64,000 nt of DNA. Origin: Bdellovibrionales bacterium. GTDB lineage: Bacteria; Bdellovibrionota; Bdellovibrionia; Bdellovibrionales; CAYMLA01. Both the position numbers and the translations under genes were made by a program. The notes below the pieces were generated by a model. The model was not told where the DNA came from. It saw only the letters and a program-made list of their open reading frames with translations, and searched no databases. The DNA lies in NCBI GenBank assembly GCA_965217115.1, contig OZ244239.1, positions 1,824,001 through 1,888,000 on the forward strand, given 5' to 3'. This document shows, piece by piece, positions 31,783-44,365 of the stretch (position 1 is the stretch's first letter; the number at the start of each line of letters is the position of its first letter).

Positions 31783-32487
31783 ATGGCGAGAGAAGCGAAG
31801 AGATTAAAAGATGCTCGATCTAAAATTGATAAACACACGAAGTACAGTGTAAGTGAAGCTTTTAAGTTGGTTGTCGAAGGTGCGACGGCGAAGTTTGATG
31901 AGTCTGTAGAGGTGGCGATGAATTTAGGTGTCGATCCTAAACAGTCAGATCAGCAGGTTCGTGGAGCGGTGTCTCTGCCCCATGGCTTGGGTAAAAAAAT
32001 ACGTGTATTGGTTTTTGCCAAGGGGCCTAAAGAGAGTGAGGCTAAAGAGGCGGGAGCTGATTTTATTGGTGGCGATGATTTGGTTGAGAAGATCAAAGGC
32101 GGTTGGCTTGATTTCGATAAAGCGATTGCAACTCCTGATATGATGGCGACGGTGGCTAAGGTGGCAAAGATATTAGGCCCCCGTGGAATGATGCCGAACC
32201 CCAAGGTGGGAACAGTGACGATGAATGTAAAGTCGGCTGTGGAAGCTGAGAAAAAGGGTAAGTTGAGTTATCGGGTGGACAAGGCGGGAATTATTCATGC
32301 GAGTGTCGGTCGTAAAGAGATGGGAGCCGATAAGTTGAAGGATAATTTTTTGGTTCTTTTAGGTGCAGTGGTGAAGGCGAAACCTTCGGCGAGTAAAGGG
32401 GTGTACATTAAGGCGGTGAGTTTATCGTCGACGATGGGCCTTGGAGTGAAATTAGATGTGACTCAGGCTCAGGGACAGTTGTCTTAA
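31783..32487 (+). CDS. rplA: 50S ribosomal protein L1
   Basis: 'AKFDESVE', '[11 protein letters not shown]' and 'SSTMG'. Start at ATG 31783. Confidence 0.97.
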   Translation: MAREAKRLKDARSKIDKHTKYSVSEAFKLVVEGATAKFDESVEVAMNLGVDPKQSDQQVRGAVSLPHGLGKKIRVLVFAKGPKESEAKEAGADFIGGDDLVEKIKGGWLDFDKAIATPDMMATVAKVAKILGPRGMMPNPKVGTVTMNVKSAVEAEKKGKLSYRVDKAGIIHASVGRKEMGADKLKDNFLVLLGAVVKAKPSASKGVYIKAVSLSSTMGLGVKLDVTQAQGQLS

Positions 32488-32513
32488 AGATGCAGGAGTT
32501 TTTATTAACTTTG

Positions 32514-32631
32514 CGGTCAGAGAAAGTAGGTACTGGTAACAGTTTAAAATACGCCTATCGAGATGGTAGAGGTTGGAATATTTTTTTTAAAGAGATTAAA
32601 AAAAGTTCTTTCTCCTCAAACATTCTGAACG
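32514..32631 (+). promoter_or_regulatory. L10 leader (rplJL autoregulatory RNA)
   Basis: In the rplA-rplJ gap. Core 'AGAAAGTAGG...TTAA...CCTATCGAG' resembles the L10-leader kink-turn mimic, closed by CGGTCAGA/TCTGAACG. Confidence 0.6.
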
Positions 32632-32656
32632 TAAGAAAAAGTAGAAGGAGTGGCCT

Positions 32657-33181
32657 ATGATGACTCGAGCAAAAAAAGCCGAGGTTATTGCTGGTCTTTC
32701 CGAGCGTTTTGGTAAAGCCAATGCTGCTTTTTTGGCAGATTTTAGAGGAATGGATGTGGATCAGGTCACAAACTTGAGAAAGCAGTTATCTCCTTTGAAA
32801 TCTGAAATAAAAGTTGTGCGTAATACTTTAGCTAAGTTGGCTTTATCGGAACATCCGGAAACGAAAGAGGCACTTGAGGATGAATTTGTCGGCAATAATG
32901 CTGTCATTTTCGCTTTTGAAGATGTGCCATCAGCAGCAAAGGCGTTGTCTGAATTTAGCAAGACTGTTGAGCATTTTAAAATAAAGTCAGGCTATATGGA
33001 CGGTCAAAAACTTGATCAGAAAGAGATTAAGTATTTGGCAACATTGCCGTCAAAGGACGAATTACGAGGAATGCTATTGGGAACATTGGCAGCACCAGCA
33101 TCTCAGTTTGTGCGTTTGCTTAGTGCAGTACCGAGTGGATTTGTTCGTGTTCTTGCGGCAAAGAAAGAGAGTGAGGAATAA
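32657..33181 (+). CDS. rplJ: 50S ribosomal protein L10
   Basis: 'VVRNTLAKLA' and 'LATLPSKDEL'. Confidence 0.97.
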   Translation: MMTRAKKAEVIAGLSERFGKANAAFLADFRGMDVDQVTNLRKQLSPLKSEIKVVRNTLAKLALSEHPETKEALEDEFVGNNAVIFAFEDVPSAAKALSEFSKTVEHFKIKSGYMDGQKLDQKEIKYLATLPSKDELRGMLLGTLAAPASQFVRLLSAVPSGFVRVLAAKKESEE

Positions 33182-33239
33182 GTTGAGAGTTAATTTGAGA
33201 AGACTAATTTTAATTTTTTAAAAAAAATGGAGAGGAAAA

Positions 33240-33617
33240 ATGGCAGATTTAAATAAAGAGCAAGTAGTAGAATTTTTATCAGCAATGCCCGTAATGGATT
33301 TAGCTAATTTGATTGGTGAATTAGAGGAAAAATGGGGTGTGAGTGCGGCGGCTCCTGTGGCTGCAGCGGCAGGGCCAGCAGCAGGTGGAGAGGCAGCCGA
33401 GGCTAAAACTGAGTTTGATGTGATTTTGGCTGAAATTGGTGGCAATAAAATCTCAGTGATTAAAGAGGTTCGTGCGATCACAGGTTTGGGTTTGAAAGAG
33501 GCCAAAGATCTTGTTGAGGGTGCTCCGAAGACAGTTAAAGAGGCAGCTCCTAAAGAAGAGTGTGACAAAATCAAGGAAGCTCTAGAAAAAGCGGGAGCAA
33601 AAGTAGAGATTAAGTAA
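33240..33617 (+). CDS. rplL: 50S ribosomal protein L7/L12
   Basis: Ala-rich hinge and '[13 protein letters not shown]'. Confidence 0.98.
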   Translation: MADLNKEQVVEFLSAMPVMDLANLIGELEEKWGVSAAAPVAAAAGPAAGGEAAEAKTEFDVILAEIGGNKISVIKEVRAITGLGLKEAKDLVEGAPKTVKEAAPKEECDKIKEALEKAGAKVEIK

Positions 33618-33649
33618 TTTTAAAAATAGACCGTATTAGCTCAAGTGGT

Positions 33650-33685
33650 GGTGAGACTTTTTAGAGTCTCATCGTTGATTTTTTT
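33650..33685 (+). terminator. Terminator/attenuator between rplL and rpoB
   Basis: GGTGAGACT/AGTCTCATC stem followed by a T-run. Confidence 0.5.
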
Positions 33686-33730
33686 ATCCGTGTTTTTTTT
33701 TATTGAGAGATAACTTTGTAAGGAGAGAGA

Positions 33731-36700
33731 ATGCAAACTCCGGTGACAGCCTCAAATAAGCGTATTCGTTTGAACTACGCTCATACACAGAACTCTATTG
33801 AGATACCTAATTTAATTGCTTTGCAGAAAAAGTCCTATGAAAGGTTTTTGCAGAGAGACGTTGATCCTGATCGTCGTCTAGAAGAGGGAATCCAATCGGT
33901 TTTTAAAGCGGTTTTTCCTATTCATGATTTCAATCAGACGGCAAGTTTAGAGTTTGTGAGTTACATGATGGAATCTCCTAAGTATGACGTGGATGAATGT
34001 CGTCAACGAGGGGTGACTTATGCGGCTCCCGTGAAAGTCACTTTGCGTTTGATTGTTTTTGAAGTGGATGAGGAGACAGATGCTAAAAACATTCGTGATG
34101 TGAAGGAGCAGGAGGTTTATCTTGGTGAAGTTCCTTTGATGACGGCCAATGGGTCTTTTATCGTTAACGGAACTGAGCGTGTGGTTGTGAGTCAATTGCA
34201 TCGTTCTCCAGGTATTTTCTTTGACCATGATAAGGGTAAAAATAACGCCAGTGGTAAGTTGATTTATTCAGCCCGAATGATTCCCTACCGTGGGTCGTGG
34301 TTGGATTTAGAGTTTGATCAGAAAGATATTTTACATATTCGTATTGATCGAAGAAGAAAGTTTCCAGCGACGATTTTATTAAAAGCTCTTGGTTATGATA
34401 GTGAAAAGATTTTAGATTACTATTATGATCTGGATGATGTTAATTACCGAAAAGGAAAATTTTTCCGATCATTGAATATTGATCGTATTGCGGGACAGAG
34501 AGCACCGAGTGATATTGTAAACCCTAAGACGGGTGATGTTTTAGTGAATATTGGTCGCCGCGTGACTCGTTCGATGGTGCAGAAAGTAAAAGATGCTAAA
34601 TTAAAAGAAGTGGAAGTCTCCATCGAAGAGCTAGAGGGTAAGGTTATTGCTCGTCCTCTTATCGATGAGACGACAGGTGAGATCATTGCTGATTGTAACT
34701 CCGAGCTGACTGCTGAAATTTTAGAGCAAGTGGTTGCAGTGGGGATAGATCATTTTAAAATCATCTTCTTTGATGGACTCACTGTTGGTCCGTTTTTGCG
34801 TAACACCCTTTTAGTGGATAAAATTAACACAAAAGACGAAGCTCTTTTGGAAATTTATAAACGCCTGCGTCCAGGTGAACCGCCAACGGTTGAAGCGGCT
34901 GAGAAGTTTTTTGGACGCTTGTTTTTTGATCCTGAAGCTTATGATTTGAGTGAAGTGGGTCGTATTAAAATCAATCATCGCTTTGGTATCTCTATGGAGG
35001 AGTGTCCTCCTGAGCATCGCACACTGACTCACCATGATATTTTATCAACGGTGAAGACGTTGGTGGATTTGAAAAATGGTCAGGGCAAGGTTGATGATAT
35101 TGACCATCTTGGCAATCGTCGTGTGCGTTCGGTGGGCGAATTATTGGAAAATCAATATCGTATTGGTTTAGTGAGAATGGAAAGAGCCATTCGTGAAAGA
35201 ATGAGTTTACAAGATCTTGAGACGATGATGCCCCATGATTTGGTGAATGCAAAACCAGTGAGTGCGGTGGTGAAAGAATTTTTCGGTTCGAGTCAGTTAT
35301 CCCAGTTTATGGATCAGACGAATCCTCTGTCGGAAATCACCCATAAGCGTCGATTGTCGGCATTGGGACCAGGTGGGTTGACACGTGACCGTGCGGGTTT
35401 TGAAGTTCGTGATGTGCATCCGACCCATTATGGGAGAATCTGTCCCATTGAAACTCCTGAGGGACCGAACATTGGGTTGATTGCTTCGTTGGCTACTTAT
35501 GCGCGCATTAATGATTATGGTTTCATTGAAACTCCCTATCAAAATGTGAAAGGTGGTAAAATCTCCAAGGATGTTCGTTATATGTCAGCTCTAGAGGAGC
35601 AGGGTCATTCCATTGCTCAAGCTGGTGATCAGTATGTGACTAAGGGTAAGATCAATCGTGAGACGATGATTTGTCGCATGGATGGAGAGTATCAGATTAC
35701 GGAGACAGAGAAGGTGAGTTTAATGGATGTGTCTCCGAGTCAGTTGGTATCGATTGCAGCGTCGCTGATTCCTTTTCTTGAACACGATGATGCGAACCGT
35801 GCTTTGATGGGATCGAATATGCAGAGACAGGCGGTGCCATTGCTCCGTTCCCGTGCTCCATTAGTGGGGACAGGAGTTGAACGTTTGGTGGCTAAAGACT
35901 CTGGAACGAGTGTTGTTTGTACCAATGATGGTGTGGTTGAGGAAGTGGATGCTTCACGTATAGTGGTTCGTCGTCTAGCTAAGGCTGGTCAATTGGGTGC
36001 GAACGTGGATATTTATAATTTAACAAAATATCAAAGAACGAATCAGAACACTTGTTTTAATCAAAAGCCGATTGTGTCTAAAGGTGATATAATTCATCGC
36101 CACGACGTGATTGCAGATGGCCCCTCTACAGAGTTGGGCGAGTTGGCTTTGGGGCAGAATATTGTGGTCGCCTTTACACCTTGGATGGGCTTCAACTACG
36201 AGGATTCTATTCTGATTTCTGAGCGTTTGATTCGCGATGATGTTTACACTTCTATTCATGTGGAAGAGTTTGAATGTGTGTCTCGTGATACGAAGCTGGG
36301 TAAAGAAGAGGTGTCCCGTGATATAGCTAATGTGGGTGAGGAAGCCTTGAGCGATTTGGACGCATCGGGTGTTATTCGTGTTGGTGCGGAAGTGAATCCA
36401 GGTGAAATTCTTGTAGGTAAAGTAACTCCTAAAGGAGAGACGCAGTTATCTCCTGAGGAAAAACTTTTACGGGCTATTTTTGGTGAAAAAGCTGGAGATG
36501 TGCGTGATACATCTTTGCGCGTGCCATCAGGTGTTTATGGAACAGTGATTGATGCCCAGGTTTACAGTCGTGAAGGTGCTGATCGCGATGAGCGTTTGCA
36601 GGCGATCATTGAAGAGAAAAAACAAAAATTAGAGAAAGATTTAGGAGTCGAAAAGAACGTTATTAGAAACAACGCTGTTGAGAAACTCAAAGGTATTCTT

Positions 36701-38032
36701 GTGGGTAAGGAGACAACGGGTGTTCTTTTGAACGAAGATGGTTCAAAGAAGCTTCTGGATAAAGGACAAACACTGACAGAGGCGGATTTAGAGGCTGTTC
36801 CTTTTGACCTGTTGATGTATGTTCCCGTGTCTTCGGAGCTTGAGAGTTTGGTGTCTAAGGGCATGGACAGTGCGAGAAATCAACTCGAAGCGGTGGATCT
36901 TGTTTTTAACGAGAAGATTGATCGTCTTTACAAGGGTGATGAATTACCTCCTGGTGTGATTAAGATGGTGAAAGTTTACGTGGCTATTAAACGTAAATTG
37001 CAAGTGGGTGATAAATTTGCTGGTCGCCATGGAAACAAGGGTGTGATTTCAAAAGTGTTAGCCCAGGCAGATATGCCTTACCTTGATGATGGCACGCCCG
37101 TAGACATGGTTTTGAATCCTCTGGGTGTTCCTTCACGGATGAACATTGGGCAAATCTTGGAAACTCACTTGGGCTGGGCGGCTTATAATTTAGGGAAACA
37201 ATTGTCTGAGTACATTGATAACTACAAGGAAGAGTCGGTGAGGAAGGCGTTGAAAGCAGCCTATAATTCTCCTGAAATCAGCACTAAAATTGATGGAGCT
37301 GATGATAACTCTCTTCGGAGTATGTTGAATTATGTGAAGCATGGAATCCATGTGGCAACTCCAGTGTTTGATGGGGCCAAAGAATTGGATGTGAAAGAGC
37401 TTCTCTCTCGTGCGGCAGTTTCTGAAAATGGTCGTTCGATTGTTCATGATGGTCGTACGGGTGAACCATTTGGAAACCCTGTGACTGTCGGTGTGATGTA
37501 CATGTTGAAACTTCATCATTTGGTGGAGGAGAAAATTCATGCCCGTTCTATTGGGCCTTACTCTTTGGTTTCTCAGCAACCTCTTGGCGGTAAAGCTCAG
37601 TTTGGTGGACAGAGACTCGGAGAGATGGAAGTTTGGGCTATTGAAGCTTATGGTGCCGCCTATGCTTTGCAAGAGTTCCTAACAGTCAAATCAGATGATG
37701 TGGCTGGAAGAACGAGAATGTATGAGAGCATTGTTAAAGGTGAGAACGTACTTGAACCGGGGCTTCCAGAGTCTTTCAATGTTTTAGTTAAGGAGCTGCA
37801 GGCTCTGGGCTTGAATGTGGAATTGCTGGAATCAGGAGCCTTGGCTCAAGATGATGACGAGCATGCTTCAGGAATTCATGTTGAGGATGAAACGGGGATT
37901 GCAGAAGCTGAGTTTTCAGGGGAGATATCTCTGATTGGTGATGCTAAAAAAACTGCTGCCAACGAGAATTCGAGCGATGAAGAGTCACCTGATGAAAAGT
38001 TATCTAATGATGATAGTGAGACACAACATTAA
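33731..38032 (+). CDS. rpoB: RNA polymerase beta subunit
   Basis: '[11 protein letters not shown]', '[12 protein letters not shown]' and 'GGQRLGEME'. Confidence 0.99.
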   Translation: MQTPVTASNKRIRLNYAHTQNSIEIPNLIALQKKSYERFLQRDVDPDRRLEEGIQSVFKAVFPIHDFNQTASLEFVSYMMESPKYDVDECRQRGVTYAAPVKVTLRLIVFEVDEETDAKNIRDVKEQEVYLGEVPLMTANGSFIVNGTERVVVSQLHRSPGIFFDHDKGKNNASGKLIYSARMIPYRGSWLDLEFDQKDILHIRIDRRRKFPATILLKALGYDSEKILDYYYDLDDVNYRKGKFFRSLNIDRIAGQRAPSDIVNPKTGDVLVNIGRRVTRSMVQKVKDAKLKEVEVSIEELEGKVIARPLIDETTGEIIADCNSELTAEILEQVVAVGIDHFKIIFFDGLTVGPFLRNTLLVDKINTKDEALLEIYKRLRPGEPPTVEAAEKFFGRLFFDPEAYDLSEVGRIKINHRFGISMEECPPEHRTLTHHDILSTVKTLVDLKNGQGKVDDIDHLGNRRVRSVGELLENQYRIGLVRMERAIRERMSLQDLETMMPHDLVNAKPVSAVVKEFFGSSQLSQFMDQTNPLSEITHKRRLSALGPGGLTRDRAGFEVRDVHPTHYGRICPIETPEGPNIGLIASLATYARINDYGFIETPYQNVKGGKISKDVRYMSALEEQGHSIAQAGDQYVTKGKINRETMICRMDGEYQITETEKVSLMDVSPSQLVSIAASLIPFLEHDDANRALMGSNMQRQAVPLLRSRAPLVGTGVERLVAKDSGTSVVCTNDGVVEEVDASRIVVRRLAKAGQLGANVDIYNLTKYQRTNQNTCFNQKPIVSKGDIIHRHDVIADGPSTELGELALGQNIVVAFTPWMGFNYEDSILISERLIRDDVYTSIHVEEFECVSRDTKLGKEEVSRDIANVGEEALSDLDASGVIRVGAEVNPGEILVGKVTPKGETQLSPEEKLLRAIFGEKAGDVRDTSLRVPSGVYGTVIDAQVYSREGADRDERLQAIIEEKKQKLEKDLGVEKNVIRNNAVEKLKGILVGKETTGVLLNEDGSKKLLDKGQTLTEADLEAVPFDLLMYVPVSSELESLVSKGMDSARNQLEAVDLVFNEKIDRLYKGDELPPGVIKMVKVYVAIKRKLQVGDKFAGRHGNKGVISKVLAQADMPYLDDGTPVDMVLNPLGVPSRMNIGQILETHLGWAAYNLGKQLSEYIDNYKEESVRKALKAAYNSPEISTKIDGADDNSLRSMLNYVKHGIHVATPVFDGAKELDVKELLSRAAVSENGRSIVHDGRTGEPFGNPVTVGVMYMLKLHHLVEEKIHARSIGPYSLVSQQPLGGKAQFGGQRLGEMEVWAIEAYGAAYALQEFLTVKSDDVAGRTRMYESIVKGENVLEPGLPESFNVLVKELQALGLNVELLESGALAQDDDEHASGIHVEDETGIAEAEFSGEISLIGDAKKTAANENSSDEESPDEKLSNDDSETQH

Positions 38033-38072
38033 TGCAGATTAAATTTTTTTACTTAACTAGTAGGAGCCAATC

Positions 38073-41000
38073 TTGAGAGACTTGTTGAATTTTTTCGATA
38101 AACCGAAGGATCCTTTGTCATTTAATGCAGTACGAGTTTCGTTAGCTTCACCGGGTATGATCAGAGATTGGTCTTTTGGTGAAGTGAAGAAGCCAGAAAC
38201 GATTAATTATCGAACATTTAAGCCAGAAAAAGACGGACTTTTTTGCGCTAAAATTTTTGGTCCGATTAAAGATTACGAATGTCTGTGTGGTAAGTACAAA
38301 AGGATGAAGTATCGCGGAGTGATTTGTGAGAAGTGTGGAGTCGAGGTGACTCAATCCAAGGTTCGTCGTGAGCGTCTGGGACATATTGAATTGGCCGCTC
38401 CTGTGGCACATATTTGGTTCCTACGTTCTCTACCGAGTCGTATCGGAAATCTTTTAAACTTGGCTCTTAAGGATGTTGAGAGGATTCTCTATTGTGAATC
38501 CTATGTGGTTTGGGACCCGATGGAAACGAGTTTGGAAGAGGGACAGATATTAACTGAAACTGCCTATCAAGAGGCGTTGAGTGAGCATGGTCCAAATTTT
38601 AAAGCGGGAATTGGTGGAGACGCCATTCGTGAGTTGTTAAAGAAGATTGATACAGAGTTTTTGGCTCGTCAGTTACGCGTAGAAATTCGTGAGACAAAAT
38701 CAGAGACTCAGACAAAAAAATTGACAAAACGTTTGAAGGTGGTTGAGGCGTTTAGAGGTTCGATCAATAATCCTGACTGGATGATGTTAGATATTTTACC
38801 AGTGTTGCCCCCTGATCTTCGTCCGTTGGTTCCTTTAGATGGTGGACGTTTTGCGACGTCTGATTTGAATGATCTCTATCGTCGTGTGATCAATCGTAAT
38901 AATCGTTTGAAACGTCTTCAGGAGTTAAATGCTCCAGGAATTATTATTCGTAATGAGAAGAGAATGTTGCAAGAGGCAGTGGATGCTCTCTTGGATAATG
39001 GTCGTCGTGGTAAGACTTTTACGGGTCCTAATAAACGTCCTCTACGTTCATTGAGTGATATGTTGAAAGGGAAGCAAGGCCGTTTTCGTCAAAACCTCTT
39101 GGGGAAACGTGTGGATTATTCAGGCCGTTCAGTTATTACGGTGGGTCCGACGTTGAAACTCCATCAGTGTGGTTTGCCTAAGCAGATGGCGTTGGAATTG
39201 TTTAAACCTTTTGTTTATAACAAACTAGAAGAGGGTGGATTTGCCACAACGATCAAACAAGCCAAGCGTTTGGTGGATCAGAAGAGTGTTGAAATTTGGG
39301 ATATTCTCTCGGATGTGGTGAAAGAGCATCCAGTGATGTTGAACCGTGCGCCGACGCTTCATCGTCTTGGTATTCAGGCGTTTGAACCAGTTTTGCATGA
39401 AGGGAAGGCGATTCAGTTGCACCCTCTTGTCTGTACAGCTTTCAATGCCGATTTTGATGGCGATCAGATGGCTGTGCACGTGCCATTATCAGTAGAGGCT
39501 CAAGTTGAGGCCCGTGTATTGATGATGTCGACCAATAATATTTTAAGTCCAGCCAATGGTAAGCCTATTATTAATCCCACTCAGGATATTGTTTTGGGAA
39601 TGTACTGGATGACTCGTATTCGTCCTGGGGCTGAGGGTTCAGGCCGGGTTTTTTCTAATGTGGAAGAGGCTCTCTATGCCTATGAGACGGGAAAAATTCA
39701 TTTACAGGCTAAGTGCAAGGTTCGCATTCAGGGGAAATTAATTGAGACGAGTATAGGCCGTTCTATTTTGTCTGATATTGTTCCAGAAGAAGTGCCTTTT
39801 GATCATATCAATCGCGTGATGACGAAAAAGGAATTGGCCAATTTAATTGATATTTCTTTTCGTGTTGCGGGGGCGAAGGCAACTTGTATCCTTGCTGATC
39901 GAATTAAGGATTATGGATTTAAATACTCAACAACGGCAGGTATCTCTATTTGTTTAGATGATATGATCATCCCTGAGAGTAAAGGAAAACTTCTCGCCGA
40001 TTCTAAAAGTCAGGTTAAAGAGATTCAAGATCAGTACGATGAAGGTCTGATCACTGATGGTGAACGTTACAATAAAGTTGTGGATATTTGGGCACAAACG
40101 GCTGACAAACTCTCTAAAGAGATGATGGCCGGGTTGGAGACAGAGGAATTTGACCTTGGTGATGGTAAGAGAGAAAAGGCTGATAGTTTTAACTCAGTTT
40201 TTATCATGGCGGATTCGGGAGCGAGGGGTTCGGCGGCGCAGATTCGTCAGTTGGCGGCGATGCGTGGTTTGATGGCGAAACCTTCTGGAGAAATTATTGA
40301 AAATCCGATCATAGCAAACTTTCGGGAAGGCTTGTCGGTTCTTGAGTATTTTATTTCCACCCATGGTGCGCGTAAAGGTTTGGCGGATACGGCTTTGAAA
40401 ACGGCGAACTCGGGTTACTTGACCCGTCGTTTGGTGGATGTGGCTCAGGATGTGGTTGTTTCGGAACTTGATTGTGGAACGGGCAGTGGAATTGAGATCA
40501 CTTCATTGGTAGAAGGGGGAGATATTATTCAATCTCTTGGTGATCGTATTTTAGGTCGAACGCTTCTTGAGGATGTCATAGATCCTTATAGTAAAACGTT
40601 ATTACTTGAGGCAGGAACTGAGATTACAGAAAAACATTTACCGATCATTGACAATGCGGCTATTGATTCTGCTCGTATACGCACGGCTCTGACTTGTGAG
40701 TCTCGTCGTGGTGTTTGTGTGAAGTGTTACGGTCGAGATTTAGCTCGGGGGAACACTGTGAATTTAGGGGAGACTGTGGGAATTATCGCAGCTCAATCTA
40801 TTGGTGAGCCGGGAACACAGTTGACAATGAGAACCTTCCATCTAGGTGGAACAGCTTCTCGTTCGGTGGAGAGTTCAGTTCACTCCACTCGCTTTGATGG
40901 AACAGTGAAATTTGAAAACATTATGTTTGTTAAGAACAAGAACGGCAAGTTGACGGTGATGAATCGTAATGGTGACGTTATGATTCTGGACGAGAGTGGT

Positions 41001-42218
41001 CGTGAGCGTGAGAGATTCAAAATGGTTTATGGTGCTATTTTGATGTTTGAAGAAGGGACTAAGGTTTCAAGGGGTGATACGATTGCTGAGTGGGACCCTT
41101 ATACGAATCCGATTGTGACTGAGGTTTCTGGTCGGGTTAAATATGAGGATATCACTGAGGGTGTGACGATGCAGCGTCAGGTGGATCCAGTGACAGGATT
41201 TTCCACGGCAGTCATCATAGAGTCAAAATCAGCCGATATCAAACCAACTCTCTGGTTGGTGGATGAAAAAGGTGAACCGATTAAGTTACCAGGGCGTGAT
41301 ATTCCGGCTCGTTATATTATTCCTGTGGGCTCGCAATTGTTGCCACAAGATGGGGATGATATTCACTCGGGTGATGTCATCGTGAAGATTCATAAAGAGG
41401 CGAGTAAAACTCGTGATATTACGGGTGGTTTGCCCCGTGTGGCTGAGTTGTTTGAGGCGAGAAAGCCAAAAGACGGCGCGATTATTACTGAGATTGATGG
41501 TTATGTGACTTTTGGTAAAGATGTAAAAGGGAAACAGCGTGTTCTGGTGACACCTGAACTCGGTGAACAGCGTGAGTATTTGATTCCCAAGGGGAAGCAT
41601 GTGGCTGTGAGAGAAGGGGAATTCGTTCGTTCTGGTGAGGCGTTAATGGATGGACCGACGAACCCCCATGATGTGTTAAAAGTTTTGGGTGACGAGGCTC
41701 TGGCGGCTTATATGGTGAATGAGGTTCAGGAAGTTTATCGTCTTCAAGGTGTTGGAATAAATGACAAACACATTGAGGTGATTGTTCGTCAAATGATGAG
41801 AAAGGTGGAGGTTCTGGACCCAGGTGATACGACTTTTCTGGCTGGTGAGCATGTGGAAAAAACGACGTTTGCCGATCAGAATGGGAAGGTCATGGGAGAT
41901 GGAGGTCAGGTGGCCACGTCATATCCCCTTCTCTTGGGTATTACAAAGGTCTCTTTAAGTACGGAATCGTGGATTTCGGCGGCCTCTTTCCAGGAGACGA
42001 CAAAGGTGTTAACTGAGGCGGCGATCAACTCTAAGACGGATTCCCTTCGGGGGCTCAAAGAGAACGTAATTATGGGACGTTTGATTCCTGCGGGAACGGG
42101 TGTTCCGTCCTATAAGAGATGGGATATAAATGTGAAAAACCAGGATCAGGAGGCGCCGTCGAGGGCGTTGCCAGGTATGGGCGGGTCGGCAACAGTGAAT
42201 CCAGCGACTTACCCTTAA
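38073..42218 (+). CDS. rpoC: RNA polymerase beta' subunit
   Basis: NADFDGDQM catalytic motif and Zn fingers. TTG start behind AGGAG. Confidence 0.99.
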   Translation: MRDLLNFFDKPKDPLSFNAVRVSLASPGMIRDWSFGEVKKPETINYRTFKPEKDGLFCAKIFGPIKDYECLCGKYKRMKYRGVICEKCGVEVTQSKVRRERLGHIELAAPVAHIWFLRSLPSRIGNLLNLALKDVERILYCESYVVWDPMETSLEEGQILTETAYQEALSEHGPNFKAGIGGDAIRELLKKIDTEFLARQLRVEIRETKSETQTKKLTKRLKVVEAFRGSINNPDWMMLDILPVLPPDLRPLVPLDGGRFATSDLNDLYRRVINRNNRLKRLQELNAPGIIIRNEKRMLQEAVDALLDNGRRGKTFTGPNKRPLRSLSDMLKGKQGRFRQNLLGKRVDYSGRSVITVGPTLKLHQCGLPKQMALELFKPFVYNKLEEGGFATTIKQAKRLVDQKSVEIWDILSDVVKEHPVMLNRAPTLHRLGIQAFEPVLHEGKAIQLHPLVCTAFNADFDGDQMAVHVPLSVEAQVEARVLMMSTNNILSPANGKPIINPTQDIVLGMYWMTRIRPGAEGSGRVFSNVEEALYAYETGKIHLQAKCKVRIQGKLIETSIGRSILSDIVPEEVPFDHINRVMTKKELANLIDISFRVAGAKATCILADRIKDYGFKYSTTAGISICLDDMIIPESKGKLLADSKSQVKEIQDQYDEGLITDGERYNKVVDIWAQTADKLSKEMMAGLETEEFDLGDGKREKADSFNSVFIMADSGARGSAAQIRQLAAMRGLMAKPSGEIIENPIIANFREGLSVLEYFISTHGARKGLADTALKTANSGYLTRRLVDVAQDVVVSELDCGTGSGIEITSLVEGGDIIQSLGDRILGRTLLEDVIDPYSKTLLLEAGTEITEKHLPIIDNAAIDSARIRTALTCESRRGVCVKCYGRDLARGNTVNLGETVGIIAAQSIGEPGTQLTMRTFHLGGTASRSVESSVHSTRFDGTVKFENIMFVKNKNGKLTVMNRNGDVMILDESGRERERFKMVYGAILMFEEGTKVSRGDTIAEWDPYTNPIVTEVSGRVKYEDITEGVTMQRQVDPVTGFSTAVIIESKSADIKPTLWLVDEKGEPIKLPGRDIPARYIIPVGSQLLPQDGDDIHSGDVIVKIHKEASKTRDITGGLPRVAELFEARKPKDGAIITEIDGYVTFGKDVKGKQRVLVTPELGEQREYLIPKGKHVAVREGEFVRSGEALMDGPTNPHDVLKVLGDEALAAYMVNEVQEVYRLQGVGINDKHIEVIVRQMMRKVEVLDPGDTTFLAGEHVEKTTFADQNGKVMGDGGQVATSYPLLLGITKVSLSTESWISAASFQETTKVLTEAAINSKTDSLRGLKENVIMGRLIPAGTGVPSYKRWDINVKNQDQEAPSRALPGMGGSATVNPATYP

Positions 42219-42239
42219 AAAGGGGTGGGTTTCTTTTTT
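42207..42239 (+). terminator. Intrinsic terminator overlapping the rpoC stop
   Basis: ACTTACCC...GGGTGGGT stem (with G-U pairs) followed by a T-run. Confidence 0.5.
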
Positions 42240-42269
42240 GAGTGTGTCTTCCCATTTTGAGGGAGTTCC

Positions 42270-42298
42270 TTGACGAAATGTGCTTTTTTGTATAGTTT
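42270..42298 (+). promoter_or_regulatory. Sigma70-type promoter for rpsL-rpsG
   Basis: TTGACG with TAGTTT at 17 nt (TATAGT at 15 nt). Confidence 0.45.
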
Positions 42299-42378
42299 GT
42301 GGAACTCTTTGTTTTTGAGGGATTTTTAGAGTAAATAGGAACTAATTTTATTGAGGATGATTTATATGAGAGGAATGA

Positions 42379-42753
42379 ATGCCAACGATTAACCAATTAA
42401 TCAGACAGGGAAGAGACGTTAAAAAGAGAGCGAACAACTCTGCCGCTTTGAAAGCTTGCCCACAAAAGAGAGGGGTTTGTACCCGTGTTTATACAACAAC
42501 ACCTAAGAAGCCAAATTCAGCTTTGCGTAAGGTCGCCCGTGTGCGTTTGTCCAATGGACTTGAAGTGACGTCTTATATTCCAGGTATTGGTCATAACTTG
42601 CAGGAGCACAGTGTTGTTCTGGTTCGTGGTGGTCGGGTGAAAGATTTACCAGGTGTGCGTTTTCACATAGTGCGTGGTGTTCTTGATCTTCAGGGAGTGA
42701 GTGGTCGTCTTCGTGGACGTTCTAAATATGGTGCTAAGAAGCCTAAAAAATAA
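42379..42753 (+). CDS. rpsL: 30S ribosomal protein S12
   Basis: 'MPTINQL', '[10 protein letters not shown]' and 'RVKDLPGVR'. Confidence 0.99.
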   Translation: MPTINQLIRQGRDVKKRANNSAALKACPQKRGVCTRVYTTTPKKPNSALRKVARVRLSNGLEVTSYIPGIGHNLQEHSVVLVRGGRVKDLPGVRFHIVRGVLDLQGVSGRLRGRSKYGAKKPKK

Positions 42754-42773
42754 AAAGGAATAAGGGATAAACA

Positions 42774-43247
42774 ATGTCTAGACGCAGTGGTGCTTTTAAA
42801 AGAGAAATTACCCCAGACCCTGTTTACAATGATGTAACAGTGTCTAAGTTTATTAATAAAATTATGTTAAGTGGCAAGAAGAGTGTTGCTCAAAGTGTTT
42901 TTTATGACGCTCTAGAGGTCATTCGTGAAAAAACCGCCGATGAAGAACCTTTGGAGGTTTTCAAAAAGGCCGTTGATAACTGTAAACCTTCTTTAGAAGT
43001 TCGTTCCCGTCGTGTAGGTGGTTCCACCTATCAAGTTCCAGTGGATGTTCGTCCCACCCGTCGTTTGACATTGTCCATGCGTTGGTTGGTTGATTTCTCC
43101 CGCAAGCGTGGTGAGAGTGGTATGGCCCAGCGTTTGGCAGGAGAGTTGTTGGATGCGTCTAATAATCGTGGGAATGCGATTAAGAAGAAAGAGGACATTC
43201 ATCGGATGGCTGATGCGAATAAGGCATTCGCCCACTACAACTGGTAA
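42774..43247 (+). CDS. rpsG: 30S ribosomal protein S7
   Basis: '[11 protein letters not shown]' and '[13 protein letters not shown]'. Confidence 0.99.
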   Translation: MSRRSGAFKREITPDPVYNDVTVSKFINKIMLSGKKSVAQSVFYDALEVIREKTADEEPLEVFKKAVDNCKPSLEVRSRRVGGSTYQVPVDVRPTRRLTLSMRWLVDFSRKRGESGMAQRLAGELLDASNNRGNAIKKKEDIHRMADANKAFAHYNW

Positions 43248-43352
43248 TTTTTCTGCAGATAACCTTCGCATTTCTTCGTTGTTGCGTCGGCGCTGTACGC
43301 TTGTACAGCTTTCTCCTTACGCCTTGAACTGCTCGGTTCTCTTTGAAAAAAA
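43248..43352. repeat. REP/MITE-like long imperfect hairpin directly after rpsG
   Basis: Apical GCTGTAC-gctt-GTACAGC palindrome with outer pairings AACC/GGTT and TTTTC/GAAAA. Only one copy in this window. Confidence 0.5.
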
Positions 43353-43566
43353 CATTATTGTATTGGTTAGTCATTAAATACCTCCTAGGATTATTTTTTA
43401 TGAAAAAAACCATAGCTGGGTCATGACCCAGAAGTTAAAGGGGGATTTGTGAGAGGGGATATATTCACGCTTGGGTGATTCAATTTTGGTTTATAGAATT
43501 GAGATATGAAGCTGAAGGTGTAGAACTCTGGTAGATAATTATATTATTTCTAGAGATATTTTTAAA

Positions 43567-44361
43567 TTAGGACATGCTGCTAAAGATCCATGAAAATAGA
43601 ATGGAAAATTTAACAAAAAGGATACTAATCACAAGTATAATTACCCCAGATGAATAAAGAGTTATAGAGATTAGAGATTTTCCCAAGCTTTTTAGTGCCT
43701 CTAAAATCTTGTTGTCTTTGTCGTCATTATTCTCATTTGTCTCTTCTTCATCTAATTTTAATGCAGCAACTGGAATTATATAGGAGAGATCTATATTTTC
43801 AATATTAAAATTACTGTTATTTTTATCTTTATTCATACTCTGTAAAGCCATAAGAATTATTTGAGAGATATTTTTTCTACTATCGTCATCAATGACTCTA
43901 GTATTTCCCCCCATATAATTAGAATGCTTTTTCAGTTCTTCCACGACCTCTTTACCTATGCTGGTATTTTCAAATTTTAGGAATAAAGAATTTAAAAATA
44001 AGTTTTTATTTTTTTCAAAGAGTTCTTGAGTGTGTTGATTATAAAGTTTTTGCATCTCTTCCAGATTTCTTTCGATTCCCAAGACCGAATAAGCATTCAA
44101 AAAAACGAAAAATTCACTGATGATAGCTGACAGGGTAAAGCAGAACATCCAAAGAATAGGGCCTTATCCCGAGATGCTTGAGATAGAATTATAATTGATT
44201 AGAAATAGCACCAATGATGTTGAGTAAATTAGTAAGGAATTTTTTGAAAGAGAATAAGATGATTTCGTTATTAAATGGCTAAAGTGGGTTATTATTTCTA
44301 ATGTAAAGATATCTGCATTTATATCAGCAAGGGCAGTGTTAAGGTCGCTCTTTAGGCTCAT
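43567..44361 (-). pseudogene. About 264-codon, 3-TM membrane protein gene interrupted by an in-frame TAA at 44164-44166 (possible retron-linked effector)
   Basis: ORFs 44164..44361 and 43567..44148 share a frame and are separated by one stop (...ISSISG*GPILWMF...). ATG lies 4 nt after the RT stop with a GAGG SD. Confidence 0.7.
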
Positions 44362-44365
44362 GCTT

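Noticed and set aside
44164..44166. Programmed readthrough or recoding of the internal stop
   Set aside because: The codon is TAA, which is not used for Sec or Pyl, and other genes here end in TAA normally. A nonsense mutation or sequencing error is simpler.
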